This document shows, piece by piece, positions 27,101 to 40,712 of a stretch of DNA of 64,000 bases. Both the position numbers and the translations under genes were made by a program. The stretch is from Fimbriosthenelais zetlandica (Eukaryota): assembly GCA_977030845.1 (NCBI GenBank), contig OZ365114.1, positions 16,120,001 to 16,184,000 on the forward strand, given 5' to 3'. Below the pieces are notes generated by a model, which worked only from the letters and a program-made list of their open reading frames with translations, ran no database searches and was not told where the DNA came from. The stretch's first letter is position 1; the number at the start of each line of letters is the position of its first letter.

Positions 27101-29399
27101 CCGTTGGCGGGAAGAGGAATTAGTTTGTAACTCCGGTGGTGAAGTGGCTTCCGGATTTAAAGATTGTAGTTAAGACCTTGGCATGAAAATAGTATTATAT
27201 GTATAGTTCATATAGTTCATATTTTAAACGTAAGTATAAAAACTTACTGAGAGTGTTCTCCTATGTCGGGAAACGATTTTTTTTCTTCCCATCAAAAGAA
27301 GGAAGTTTGCTGCATTAACAATCTGTACGTACAGATAGATATTAAGTGAAAGAACACAAGGAAGATGAGACTATTATACTGATCACATTCAGGTATGAAA
27401 AGAAAGTTACCTTTACAGTCTGTCTATGCTATCTTGAAGATTTAAAATTCTGCACATCAAGCTCCTCTTCGTCTGTAATTACATTCTTAAATGGCTCAAA
27501 TGAAGAAAATGCTCAATAGTCCATTGCAGTTAGTTCCAATCGGCGGAACAGCCATTTTATGAATGAATAGCGTGAGGACTGATTTGCTAAGGGATCAGGG
27601 ACAGTATTGTCTCTATAGTCCACATGAATGTCATCTCAATACAGATAACAAAGTAATCACTGGCTAGGGTGCCCATCTCAGGTCAAATTAGGAGACTGTG
27701 CCTGACAATAAGCCACGCTGCACGCACATCTAGTGTCAGAGCTCTGTAAGGAAAAGACCTGGTAATACCCCATCAGACTACTCCAATTACTGCCTCCTCA
27801 TACATATAGGACACCCTAATCTCTCCCAATCTATTCCTTATTTCTGCGCCCCTTATAATGTCCTCCTCATTGTTTTTGGTCATATTTTCCATTGTTATTC
27901 AGAAAAATACCCACATTTGATGTCGGATAACTTCTCAAATTTAGTCTTCTTTAGTACTCTTATTTTCATTTCGATGACGTTGATCAACTTGCATCATTGT
28001 AATGAATCTCAGATTCTCAGAAATATGCTCTTTAAAGGCAGACTTTATTTTTGTTCAGGGCAATCATATGATACTCTGGAAGAGCTTCTGCCTCACCTTC
28101 TGCATCTAGCCCTGAAATTGGACAAGGTGAAGCGAAGGTCAGATTGCATGGCAAATTGCTGTGACACAAGATTCCGATCAGAGACAGTCCCTCGACAGGG
28201 AAGATGGCTGGAAAAGGGACAGACAGTGGAATTAGTTCTCAGCTTATACTGCAACCTTGTCTCTTGTCCTTTCAATTGGTAAATATTTGCTGATTTTGTC
28301 GATAGGCAATATATACAGGTCTGATAATATAATTTTAAACTAGACGAAAAGTACATGAAAAATATAATCTTTCAATAACTGGCTTTATACAATTTTGCAC
28401 AGGATTAATAGATAGCTCAATTGTCATAACCTTGGGTCGAAGGATGTGGATATCCCCGGGGAAGCAGGAAATTGAAAGGGCATTAGATATTGGTTTTCAA
28501 TTACTTGCTTTGCTTTTTATATATTAAGATTCGTTGACAATGATGTTTGTTTTCTGTCTGGACTCCCTTATCTGTCCAGCATAGTTCACACTTTCAATCC
28601 CTCGTCGTATTGGAAAAACCCACATTTTCCTCGGCTGCATTCCTTACCCTCCCTTTAATTAATTCTTATCTCATATCATCCCTCAATTCTTTATTGACTA
28701 CCTATAAGGAGACAATAGGCATAGATAACCAGACGCCTTCCATGGGAAAATCCATTCGAGCTAATTCCCAAAAGACCAAGGCCTTATCGGAAGTTTGCCT
28801 AATCTCAAATCGGTGTATATAGTGAAAGCTGTTTGGAGGGCCTTCCCAAGTCGTCCAAAGAACGCCCTACACAGTGGATTCATGGAAGAAAGATAATTGC
28901 AATAACATTATGTTTCTTCTTGTTCAGTCATAAATATTTTAAGGTTGGCGCTAAGCAGTAACCCAGACAGTTTTAAGGACAATATGAGACTTGAGGAGTA
29001 GTTACAATGGATTCTGTCCCCTAAGAGTAAGACCCATAGAAAGGTCAATGTGCCTCAGGTTTAGTGCTGAAGACAAGCATGACCCCATTAAGGATTTATG
29101 CGCCATTTCGAGACTGTCTGAGCATGATGAAATGATTTACCTTGACAGTTTATAACTCCCTGTAATGGCACGTTATGACGCACTGGAGCAATAATTCTAG
29201 ATTTAACAGCTCTAGAAAATGTGGATGGCAGAATGATGCATATGGTTACTTGCTGTGAGAGTGCACTAAAACATGCTTTCCGACACTAAAGGCCCCTATA
29301 GATATAAATTTACATTTTGTCATCTGAAACTTTTAATACATTATCAATTGTTCCGTAGTTAAGGCACACCTGGGTAACATCCATGAAGTTGCCCATGGA

Positions 29400-29850
29400 A
29401 TATTTGGATGTGGTACCTGTTACATAGTTCTAGAAAGATCCACTATACGGACCTTGGTTACATGGTACATTCACATATAAATCAAGTCCACCATTCAACA
29501 GCCTCTATTCTCGATGTGTGACCCTGCCCCCATCATCAGTATTGTTCAGACAAATGAGTATCTGTTTCCGCGAGGCAAACAGCAGGCTCCGATTGCAGCA
29601 TCATCTGGTGTATGTAGTTAGAATTACTGGAGAGGAAGTTGAGCATGGTGGGACGAGGCAAATAAAGCATGAGCTGCTGGCTGAGTGGGAAGAGAGAATG
29701 GTAGAGGTGATACGGTCATCACATTTATACCTAAATACCAGACTCAGCCTCATTGTTATGCTGGGCATGATGCTGATATTGTATCGGACCAGTGATTGAA
29801 GACCAGAGGTAAAATATCAGTAGAACCGGGGGATGTGTCAGGGGGAAAAG
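29400..29850 (-). mobile_element. DIRS-like remnant, methyltransferase-like region
   Basis: Minus-strand PAAHALFASSHHAQLPLQ*F*LHTPDDAAIG, cf. P.VDLFAT.HN.QLP.F.SP.PD..A.A. Confidence 0.33.
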
Positions 29851-31099
29851 TGGCAAAAAGCCAATTGTATACTACAGTCATCTACGGTTACCTCATTGGA
29901 CAGTTTTATAAAACAAGCCCCAAGGGCAGACAGGCGTCCGTTGTCAATTTTTCATACAAGCTCATTGTAACTGTCCTAGGAAATAAGTATTAATATTTCA
30001 TTCTTCTAACCACAGGCTATTGTAACTGCCAAGCTCTCGAAACTGTGATAGAATGCAATTATATGAAGTACGTTTGATGCATTAAAATCAAGTATTTGTC
30101 TATTTATGACCATTAGTTATCATTATCATTATGTTTCCACGTTAATAACGTATCTTTTAATGACGAATGACTATAGCATCACATTTGACAGTATGTGGGG
30201 TAGAAGGATGGCTGTGAAGGGCAAAAAAAATAGTCAGTCAGCACAAATCATATGTCGACCACATTCCCACCAAATTTTGGAGTGGCCAAAGTAAATCTTG
30301 TAGGGAAGCAATGAACATCATCTATAGGACATCTTCTACTGCCAGGCAAATAGTCGGATGGTACTTCCTACCAGGTTCTGTCGGGGACATTGCCAAGTCG
30401 AGAATTTCATATCAGCGGTGTTGTGCGTACAAACATGGATGGGGTATGAAGGTGGGAATAGGGACTGGTGAAATTGGGCGAATTTGTGGGGAATAGAGTG
30501 CTCACTGCCTCGGGCATATCCAGTTATCATGGAATAAAAGCACTGGATATATAATGTTCTTATCTAGAGAAATGGCTAGAAAAACATTTTGAAATTGAAT
30601 TTTGCTGGAGAAAAGGCATTCCAATATGAGCATTATTATGAAGAGCCTCTATCACCACATCTTTCGACAAAGATCTAATAATAAGCTTTTGGACCATCGA
30701 AACAGCATTTAGACTTTAAGCCCCTGCTATCCTCCATCCCATACTAGCCAGCCGACCACGCCCAAACAGGCCACAAGGGGCTAGATCCTATCCTTAATAT
30801 AATGCGCAGGTGTGGGCTGGCTACAGTTTGAAATAGCAAAAAATGCATACAATAGATAGGTGTCTAGGGAAATGACTTGCTTCTCTATAGGGGGTCTGTA
30901 ATAGTTCAGTTGATCAGGCTTTGGTGTCAGCTTATTGGGTGCTAAGCTAATAGCATGACTTGGCCAAGTCATCACCTAGGTTTGTTTTTGTAGACCTTTG
31001 TGGTGTTAGCTCCCGTATATTGGGTCTCAGCCAAGATAAATCCTATTGTTCTGTTATCTTTTTATTCTCCCACTGTGACTCCCTCTTTCTCCTTCTCTG

Positions 31100-31103
<4 letters not shown>

Positions 31104-31145
<42 letters not shown>
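31104..31145. repeat. (TC)n microsatellite, ~20 units
   Basis: Uninterrupted tctctc run. Confidence 0.95.
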
Positions 31146-31147
<2 letters not shown>

Positions 31148-34100
31148 GGAGGCTATTATTAGACATTGAAAGTATACATCCTGAATGATTGCATGACTGG
31201 ATTCACTGGTTCTTTGGGGTCAGGATTAATGGTACCATTCTTTGCTATATAATGAGACTAATCGGAGCTTCTTTCCTAATTATATGTCATTATTTTCCTC
31301 CAACCATCCACTACTTCCCGAGCTTAATTAAGATGGAATTGGTGCCAGGCAGGCTAGGACCTGGCACAGGTATGGTCAGAACTAAGCTTAAAAAGACTTG
31401 GAATCAGAGTTCTTTTTAGTCTATTTGAATTTAGAGTAAGTTCCATATGTTATATTTGCATGTTTTGAAAGTCATATCCTTGCTCCTTCGATCGATTACT
31501 GTCAAATTATTGTACTACACAAAGAGCGAGTCATCGACATTTTAAACTTACATTCAGCCTGACACCGAGAAGGAGGCCAACATGCAGGTCCACCATAATA
31601 GAAAACCATAGGCTTGAGATATTTTCCTATGATGCAGAAATATAATTTCCTCTGGAAGAAGTATTACAAATCGGAACGTACCCTACTCCAATTTCGAGAA
31701 TAATTGCAAATTCATTCAAGGTTGAAAAGAGTCGCTCTGTCGTTTATCTGTGCTAGATCCAGTCACCCCAAAAGATCGACAATCATTCCTGATACAGTAG
31801 CCCTCGTGGGACCCATACATGGACTCGGAGTATCGATTTAATAGTAGAGCAAACAAACCGAATGAGTGCAATAAAATGTATGTGAGGCAACATCGCCACC
31901 CTAATTGCTTGAACAAACAACATTTTCTGAATTATAAACAACTGGCATTACTCCTTGGAGATTTCAGACACTCTCAAACAGTGGAACTGGGAATGGCAAC
32001 TGGGATGCATTCAGTATCCAAGTGGGTATATGGCATCAACAAATTTTATTTTATATTGAATTACGCAGAAATTAAAGCCATATCATAGGGAAGGCTATAT
32101 ATCTGGTGTGAAATATTGTAGGATAAGTTATGAGATATTTGAGGGAAACGACAAAGTCATAGAACTCGGAAGCAGGACCAATAAAACGGTAGGGAGAATT
32201 ATTAAACAGAATGACAGATGTTGATGGTGAAATGAAGCATACAATTCATGAGCTCATAGCCATACAATATTGCATTCCATTAGGCCAGTCTGGGCATGTC
32301 GGAGTAGATTAGTAAAAGGCATTCAACAAGACAATGGAAGGCAGGAAAAGCAGTGGGGAAATTGGCTCCTATGTGTTTACTTTTTTATTTCGCCACCTGG
32401 TGGATTGTCCTATGTAACAAACATGCAAGGACTGATGGACTCACGCTTGTTGGCGTAATACACTGATTGTAATATATTCATTGCATTTACAGATAGTTAA
32501 TACTTGTCCTGCATACTACTGTAGTTAACAAGTGTGCATCAAGTCGTTGTCTTGGATTGTTATTTATCTATGGCATTATTAATTTTGCACAGTCCCATAT
32601 CCTGCATGGTGAGTACAAAAATGTCAGACCTTTCTTGGTGTTTCAGGGCCGTGTTTGATGAATTAAAGGTATGCAATATTGTAAGCAATTGCTGAATGTA
32701 TAAAGGCCTCTCATCATCAAGAAAGGTGAGAATGCATAAGACATCATTGTTAGATTGTCTTCACTGGTCAGTTTATCTCACTTGCACCTAATGACCGCAA
32801 GCTGGCACCTGCAGGTCTTCAATCGTTACAAGTATGCCCAGCAATCAAATCATGCCTTTCACTTTAGTGTCGGATCAGCCAAGTGCCAAGGTAATCAATA
32901 GAAGGACAGTGACTGAGGGATAGATCCTAAGGCCTTCAGACTGTTGGGATTGGGCCGAGAGCAAATTACCACTATCAAAAGGCAATGTGCTTGACTTCTT
33001 ATGTGCAGCCAAAGCTGTGAATAGGTTCTCTGATAAGAGAACTCACTAAGTCTATCCTTTCTCATTCCTCAGGATTCCTCTGGATGATACCACATCAATA
33101 TCTGCTGTAAGAAGATAGCCCTTCCCTCCTTTATCGCCCAGAGGATGAAAAGCATTTTGCTCTCTTTTACACACACATCCCGCCTACTTTCTCCCAAAAC
33201 TTTGGCTGGGAAGAAAGTTTGCTTCTTTACAGGATTTATTGTGTTCTCAGTTACAGAGGTGTGGTGTCCATTGCCTAGATGGGCGATAATTGGAGCTGCT
33301 TGCCAACAGGTTCATATTTTTGTTGATTCTGAAGTGCAAAACCATGTGTGTCGCCTTGCAACAGAGACCAGGCTAGGCACTGACGAGGAAGACGAAGGCC
33401 AGTGGGTTAAGGCTTTAGGCCAATTGAAGAAAATTGTGACGAAATTGGTTGAGGACGGATGTCTTTCCGGGACTGACATTTCTCAGAATAGCCCAGTACC
33501 GGGCCTTCCCAAGTATTACTGACACAAAATGGCCGCTTGGCAGTGTTATGATGCACCGACTTATGAGAGCCCTCTGGTGAGCTTGGACGCATAAATATCG
33601 ATTGCAGTGCCCCCTAGGGAACGATTATGTCCTGGCATTCTCGCCATCACGAGATCTAAAAACGAGGATGGTACAAAACAGAGGTCATACTCCCTCATAT
33701 CCATGATGTTTTCTACCATCAAAATCTCACCCGTCTGGTATTTTGTAGATGATAAACTTTCTTCCTGTGTCTCGTAAATGTAGTCATAAATGGACAGTAA
33801 AATATGTCCACAAAAACATAGTTCCGGACAAAACAATAGAAAACTTTAAGACAGATCATAAAGGTCAGAATTTAGTACCAAGTTATCCTCACAAGGACCA
33901 AAGGAGACGAAACATTTTGAATGGCCGGTATAGCTTATCAATAGAGATTGTTCCTCTGAAAATGAAGTTTTAATGAACATTGACTCTTATTTGAAATTTA
34001 ATCACATCAATCCTACGGAAAGATTTTGAGTAAATGAACGTTATTATAGGGTTCACCGGTAGCTGGAAAAGGCACCATTGAGATCTAATGGAGGCCACGG

Positions 34101-36639
34101 AAACATCATGCAGCAAGCATGGTAAAACCTATTATTCATTGATTGCAAATAGGAGAATGTATGTAGTTTCTTAAGAATTTTCAATGTCTCCTACTTTCAA
34201 GCTTCAATGACAATTTAATTAATTTTGGGCATGAAAGTGCACCTGAGAAACACAAGAGGAGTAAAGTTTATCTCCAACCCTTGATCGAGAGGCCTGGGCT
34301 TAAAATTGACCACATATTGTCCATTTTTGAATGGAAGTGTCTGACTCAACCCCTCCTTTCACTATTAGAGTTTTTTTTCAGTGGTGGCTCCAGGGTGGAC
34401 ATTTGCTGTAAGATTACGGCTGTCGGCAGATAGATCCTCACCTTGCCATTAGGGGGCACTTCCTCCGGCCCCTATGTACAATTGGTGTCACTCTCTATTG
34501 ACTTACTGTGCCTGCCCCCACCTCTCGCTGCCTCGATAGCTCCCTAATCCTACATTTGGGGATCTCTCCTTGCTCCTTTATTTCTCTGACTTGCCAATGG
34601 CATATCAAATTATCATGCTCACGGGTGGCGCTCCAATCGCCTTCCAGACGCCATCTTTCTTTGTATGGTGTTACGCGGAGGATTTTACTTCCGGTTCCGG
34701 CTTCACGACCACGCCCCCAATTGGCAGATAGTGACACTAAAACATTTTGCCTGTCAGCCAGGATGGGATTGAAATGTCGCTGCCATTGATTTTGGGTTCA
34801 GAGTGGTAGTGCCATGAACGAACCTGATTTGGTAGTAATATCACTTGAGATGTCTATATCCATTGGAGGGGAAGATTAGTTAATCACGGCAAAGGTGGAA
34901 TAAGGAGGTGTTCTACTTTGCGCAGTGAGAGGTTGATGATCGGGTAAGGCCGCTTCTTTAAGAGGGAATGGGTCTCAAGCCCACTTTCCCTTGAAGATAA
35001 TTTTGCTGACCAACTCTTATAAACCCATCATTGAAAGGTCCCATTACGGGACTTTTTATGACCACCAAAGCTTCTTTCCATCGATCAGCACTATCTTCCT
35101 GATGGAATTTTCCAATCTGCCTCTCGTAAAACTTGCAATGAAAAGCTGAAGAAGGACCTGGTTGGGCAGTAAAGCCTGTACAACCTCGACTCATAGCGGC
35201 ATCTTAAGGCTGGAGTCAGAAAACAATAAATAATTGTCCCATGTACAAGACTCGTTTTAGTGTTATTCTTTTCTTCTCTGTAGATCCTGGTGCAGTGTGA
35301 GTTTTACCATCTATAGGTCTAGTGTTTCAAATGAAAATAATCAACAAATACTGATTTATGTTGAAGCGAAGGAACAAGCATACCCTTAAATAATAATATG
35401 CCTTACGGGAATGACATCAACGCAATGCCATCGCCCTTAAAAAACTTTGGACTTGGCCAAAGGGGCTCAGGAGGAAAAAACTACTTCGCAGGATATGTCA
35501 GTGGTTGTTAATTTACAATAAATCCTGGCGATGTTGGCGTCAGGATTCAGGCCGTAGAGAATGGCTCACGAAAGCTGAGGTAGCGGATCCTGACAGGGTT
35601 TCAGACTTGTATAATGGCAGCTCAGACGTCACAAATATTCATACTTTGTGTTGGAGGTGCTCGCGCCGATCTCACCACGTCAGAAACACTGTGGTGAAAG
35701 CTAAGTGAAGTATTGGGGAAATGGCGCAAAAAATATTCAACGGAGACGACTGTTTAGTGGGAAACGTGTTAGCTGGTGTTTACCGTGAAAATGGGAAGGG
35801 CCCCATCAAAATATTCACAGCCTAAATAGTTTTTCAGATGATTCTTTATTGAGGAAAGTTCTTGTTATTATAAAGGAATAAAACCACTGTTTACTAAAGA
35901 AAATAGTGTGAGTGAAGTACATACAACTTTTGAATAGTGATGCCGAAATTAACCATGGCGACAGATTTATTTAATTGTCTATGACCAACTCACTCTTAGC
36001 AGTTCCTGTGTAAACCTAGATAAAAACAGGGCATCTATCTATAGCAGAATGATCCCTTTTCCAATTTAAAAGGTTATACCATGATGCTTTATAACGACTG
36101 GGAATCCTGGTAAGACCTTTAAGGCCCGCCCGTTGTTTTCCTATTAATAAGCGAGAATGCTGGAGTTAGAGATTAACCTTCAAGTGACCTCTGATAATGG
36201 ATAGTTTTTCACAATGTATGAGCCCCTTCACCAACCACACTCAGGCTTTTATGTCCTCTAAGCATAGCAGGGCCATTCGTTTGGATGCAGGCAAGCAAAG
36301 TGTTTTGACATATTGAAGGGTCGTTCCCATGTTCATAGAGCTGAATGGAAAGTGCAATTGGTTTAGTCAGTTTTTCTAAGAGAAAATATCATATAACCGT
36401 AGTTCTGAGCACAAGATTGTTTGATTTTTTCAGTCAATGCATTCAAAGTCTTATCATATTAATTTAAAGTTGGGGTGGGGGGATCTGAGACTGAGGTACC
36501 GGTATTAGTATGGTAAGGTTGTTTGTTGCAACCTATGGTCTGATCATGTTTTTCTTTCGATCCGCATGTATGTACCATCACATTAAGGCCTGTCAAAAGG
36601 ATGAAATCCCACCATGAAAGAACACCTGCCACTTCCTGC

Positions 36640-37060
36640 CTTGACCCTTGTTAATCTCCCATTTCAATATCAACATAGATTGCACCGCCCAGAGACTCTC
36701 TCCATCTCTCTCATGTTTCACCTCTTTTCCACCACCCTATGCCCTTCATATTTGCCAAGGCATGTGTCTCTTTCCCAGTCCCAGCCAAATCCCATTGCTG
36801 CCACTCCCAATTCTCGAGCACTCATTGCCAGACAATACTTCAGCACCTCTCTCCCCAAGGTGCTCTTTCAAACGTAAAGTCCAGACAAAGAATACTACTT
36901 TCTCTTTCTCAAATTCTACCTCTTCTTCCTTCCTCTTGTCCATTTGCTCACACGCCTTCAAAGCATATACTCTTTCCTACCTTTTGCACCCCTCTCGTAC
37001 CCAACTCTCGCCCTTCCTCTCGCCAAGACACGAGATTTTAAAGACACACAAAGCCCCAGG
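36640..37060 (+). mobile_element. Decayed L2-type LINE, end of AP-endonuclease domain
   Basis: ORF 36648..37103 ISHFNINIDC...LSCF...HICQGMCLF...ILEHSL follows the L2 EN order GDFNIHVD / LSSF.L / TH..G..LDL / ISDH.L; pyrimidine-rich strand typical of L2. Confidence 0.35.
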
Positions 37061-38829
37061 GGTTCCTCCCACCCTGCCTACGGTAGCGGATATTGCATTA
37101 TAGGCTCTTGTGGGAAATATCGCGTGTTCTTTAGTTAGTCACGTCTTCCCAGAAGTAGACTCAATATACCCGTCTTGTGAAACTGAAGGAACTATACTTT
37201 TTGAATATGTCAGAAAAGTTAAACTATATAACTCTGTTTGCATACTCCTAGAGACGATGTTCCCTTTGAATGAGTTCTAAGTCCCCAATACTCTATGCAC
37301 ATAAAACAGGGGACATAATAATATGCAACGCTATTTTTTTGTAAATACTTAAATATCCTTTTTTCTTATCTACATGTAAAAATATTTTCTTGAAGCCAAC
37401 ATGAAGCCAAAATGTTTCCACCAAAGAAAGAGGACAGTCGACACAGCACATATGTAGATGCCCGGTTCAATCTTTCTGATGTGGCCCATTGTTTACCCTC
37501 ATGAAGTCGCTTGTTTCCCTCTGACTTGATAACCACAATTGATTCAGCTGAATCAAGCAATGGCTCCCTGAGGAAAAGAAAGTTATATGGGCAAGATATC
37601 AGTGTTACAAAACTGCAATCACTCTGCTCCAAGATATCGGTCCCGGACTAATTGAATGGACAGCAGCCTAAATCATTCACCAAGGCAGTTCGACTGTCAC
37701 CTGTACAACAGGACCAGCCGATAACATTGCTTTACACTGCCGCCTAGTGGATCAGACACCACCTTGTGGTGGAATTTGGACGCTCTGCTATTGCGGTAAG
37801 GCCTGATTGCCTGACGCCCAGTTCCACCACCAAGTCTCGTAAATTCTCGTTTGTTGCGAGATGAGATGACGTCAGAGATACAGAGGACTGAATGAAGGGT
37901 GCTGATAGTGAGACATAGTTTACAATTGGGCCACTAGGAGCACATGTAGTCCTTCTTCATGAGACGGGAATTGGTTCTATACGAAAAGGAGTCAACAAGA
38001 GGATCCCTCCAAAACAAAAAATAGAGCATGACAAGGATTCAGTTTTCTTTGATATAACCTTCAGGAACAAGAGAGTTTTTCAGGGTGCCACTTCCCTTTA
38101 TTAGACAAAATAGATGACAAATTGATAAGGAAGACTGCTCAAACACCTTAAGGATGTCGATTGGAGACAAAGCAATGATAGATGGGAACATAAGTCGTCC
38201 ATTTCTTGACAGGTGTCAATCAATCTCAGCTCTGTCTGTTGTGTCCACGACTAAAAGGCCCGCCCATAGGGCTGTACTAAGGCAGCTGACCTTTCGCCAC
38301 AAGTGTTAACCACGTGACCTTGTCCAAGAAAGGTGATTTATCATCAGTCTCGTGAGACTTGACCAGATAAGGGTACTGGTAAATTTGTGTCAGGAGATCT
38401 TCTTGTCACAAAGTGGATTTTGAGAGTTTTACAGATTTAAGGGGTTTAGCTATTGCAATAGTCCTCGAAATCTCCCATGGATGGGTCCGTCAAGAAACTA
38501 TGTACATTAAAATACAATTTGTCCAATTTGAAATTTATGTCTGCTTCGGGTATGTAGCAGTGTCTCATAGAGTAAACATAAAGGGAGGAATCTAGTGTCA
38601 GTCTAGGGAACATTAATCCTTCTATCGGCACACCAGCTACCATGTTTTGTTCTAAAGTATAGAAAGAACCAGGACAAAAATGAAAGATATTGTTGATTGA
38701 TATCCCATGCTGACTATAACCAAGATTCATTAATTCATCAACAACTTTACACACTTTGATTGAATACATCGATAGCATATCTATATCTCCAACTTGAAGT
38801 AATAGACTGCAAAAAGCAACTGCTCAGAC

Positions 38830-39050
38830 TACCATTAGAGGAAACCAGGCATGCTTAAATCTCGAGCAAGTCTACAAAAAACGTATGGCTCATGTATAGA
38901 TGACGGGAGGGAACAGCCTCTTAGATGAGCTGAGTGTGAAAATGACAAGAACTTAATTGTCCTGTCAGCAAACGAGGAAGAACTTGTATAGAGAAGATGA
39001 TGGATACGTTCCTGGTAACTTTGTCTTTGAGAGGTCAATGCAAGGTCCTT
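38830..39050 (-). mobile_element. DIRS-like tyrosine recombinase remnant (box I region)
   Basis: ORF 38835..39038 RTIKFLSFSHSAHLRGCSLPSSIHEPYVFCRLARDLSMPGFL, cf. LKT.FLLALASA.RVSEL.ALSI.EPY..F....V.L...PGFL.K. Confidence 0.4.
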
Positions 39051-40562
39051 GTTTGCCGACTGGGGTCAAGTTTGTCATTTACCTGTGCTTATCTTTGTCT
39101 TCTCTTCCATATGCCAGACTTTATAATGTGATTTATATGAGAATTAAAAGTACATGGTTCCTGTAGAGCTTCAAGGTTTATGGTTAATTATGATCTTACC
39201 CACTAAATAACTTTTTTCTTGTTTACACAATCTGATGCGTTGCCTCTGATAGCCTTATAGGGGCTACATTTGCCGGAAAGAGGACCTACTCCGTGACTTG
39301 ATCGCATTGTTGCCATCATGACCTCTGTTTTTCAGAATAATTTGTTTTCCAAAATGATGACAAAATACATGATTTTGCTCCACCTGATTATAATCTATAG
39401 CTACCGTCCAACTCCACCCACGGAAGTTTACTACCAATACTACTTCTCTTTTCCTGTTGCACCGCTTTTGCAAATAAAATAAAAGCCAATAGTGGTCAGA
39501 CTAGATAGAAGGGCATGCTTGAAGACGCCCTCTCACTGATAGATTTAAAACCAGGTTCTGTTGACAGGGTCAAGTGTGTTTTAAAGTTAAGGTCAGGGTA
39601 AATTGAATTTGCAGAGGGCAGGGAAGATTTGTTTGTTGGCCTGTCTGGGTTTTTGAGCAGATTCATTACATTGGGGAATGAGTCGACTTAGAGGTGAGGC
39701 CTTTAGTCTGGCTTTACACCAACCATGGTGGAATATAAGAGCTTAGGCACTTTCTAATTTGACAATTATTTTCAATAGGGAGCCTAAAACAAAGTAACAT
39801 AATCGAAACATAGACGCCCACTTCTGATTTTGCGTTGATCAGTTGCTCATTGCATGGTGGAACTTGTGGTTGTGGGGAACCCATGGTTGCTTTGAAGGGC
39901 AGTTAAGGAAGAACAGTAACATTTAATAATAAAATCGTAAACAGAACCCTTACACACAATGATTATGTATGAGGGCAGATAATAGGTATTGCTTAATGCA
40001 TCTGGTCTGCCCCACGTTTTGCTCTTCGTCCAAGGGGCCCATGTAATCCGGCAATATGCCTAAACAAAGCAGGTACCCTCAGGTCGAGCTGGGAGATTAT
40101 TGTTCTTTTTCTTGGCATGCAGCAGCTCGTTTTTCTCTGTCACGTTCTGTCTTGTCCTGTTGATGGAAAACATGGCATGGCAAACGTGCAAGAAGAATAT
40201 TGTCACGCTGTTTTTTTTCATTTTTCTTGTGTGTTTGTTGGTTTTACTTCTGGAAAGTTTGTTACAAATGTAAATAGGGAGGACGAGTGCATGGCAAAAT
40301 GTGTATTTCAGTATGACTAAAGAAAAAGAAGCAAAATTAAAATGTAAAAGTCTGAACACATTTTAATGTGCAATGTAATCTCTAGGAAGCTGATAATTAT
40401 CTTAAAGCCCCCCATCTCAATTCCAAGTAACAAATAAATTAAACTTCTTCTTTGGTCTCGAAGCAAAGAAGTTGCTCCCATATCCAGACATAATGACAAA
40501 CTCTGAACAAAGATGATTTAATTTATTTTGTCTTAATTTTCTTTCTCTTGTGTCTTTGACAG

Positions 40563-40712
40563 CTAACAACGAGACGGATTTGCTGCCTGTCATCCTCTTC
40601 ATCCACGGCGAGTCGTATTCTCTGGGTACCGGTAACGCTTACGATGGCAGCGTACTGGCGAGTTATGGCCGGGTACTGGTCGTTACTCTCAACTACCGGC
40701 TGGGAGTGCTGG
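40563..40712 (+). CDS. NLGN: Neuroligin exon a ([51 protein letters not shown])
   Basis: Pyrimidine-rich acceptor ttctcttgtgtctttgacAG (AG 40561-62) and donor G|GTGAGT at 40713. Phase 1/1, 150 nt. Missing from the ORF track because there is no in-frame start. Confidence 0.95.

Noticed and set aside
28440-28900. Possible CR1-clade LINE zinc-knuckle tail on the minus strand (KCELCW...ENKHH)
   Set aside because: A single short motif amid stops; insufficient support.
30250-30720. Possible Gypsy integrase zinc-finger remnant on the minus strand (KLIIRSLSKDVVIEALHNNAHIG)
   Set aside because: Only a partial HH motif; no CC pair or DDE core traceable.
39005-39020. YVPG followed by a GTAACT donor, resembling the end of the missing LNIYVP exon
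   Set aside because: Upstream residues (REDDG) do not match EDCLYLNI, and the opposite strand is better explained as a DIRS recombinase remnant.
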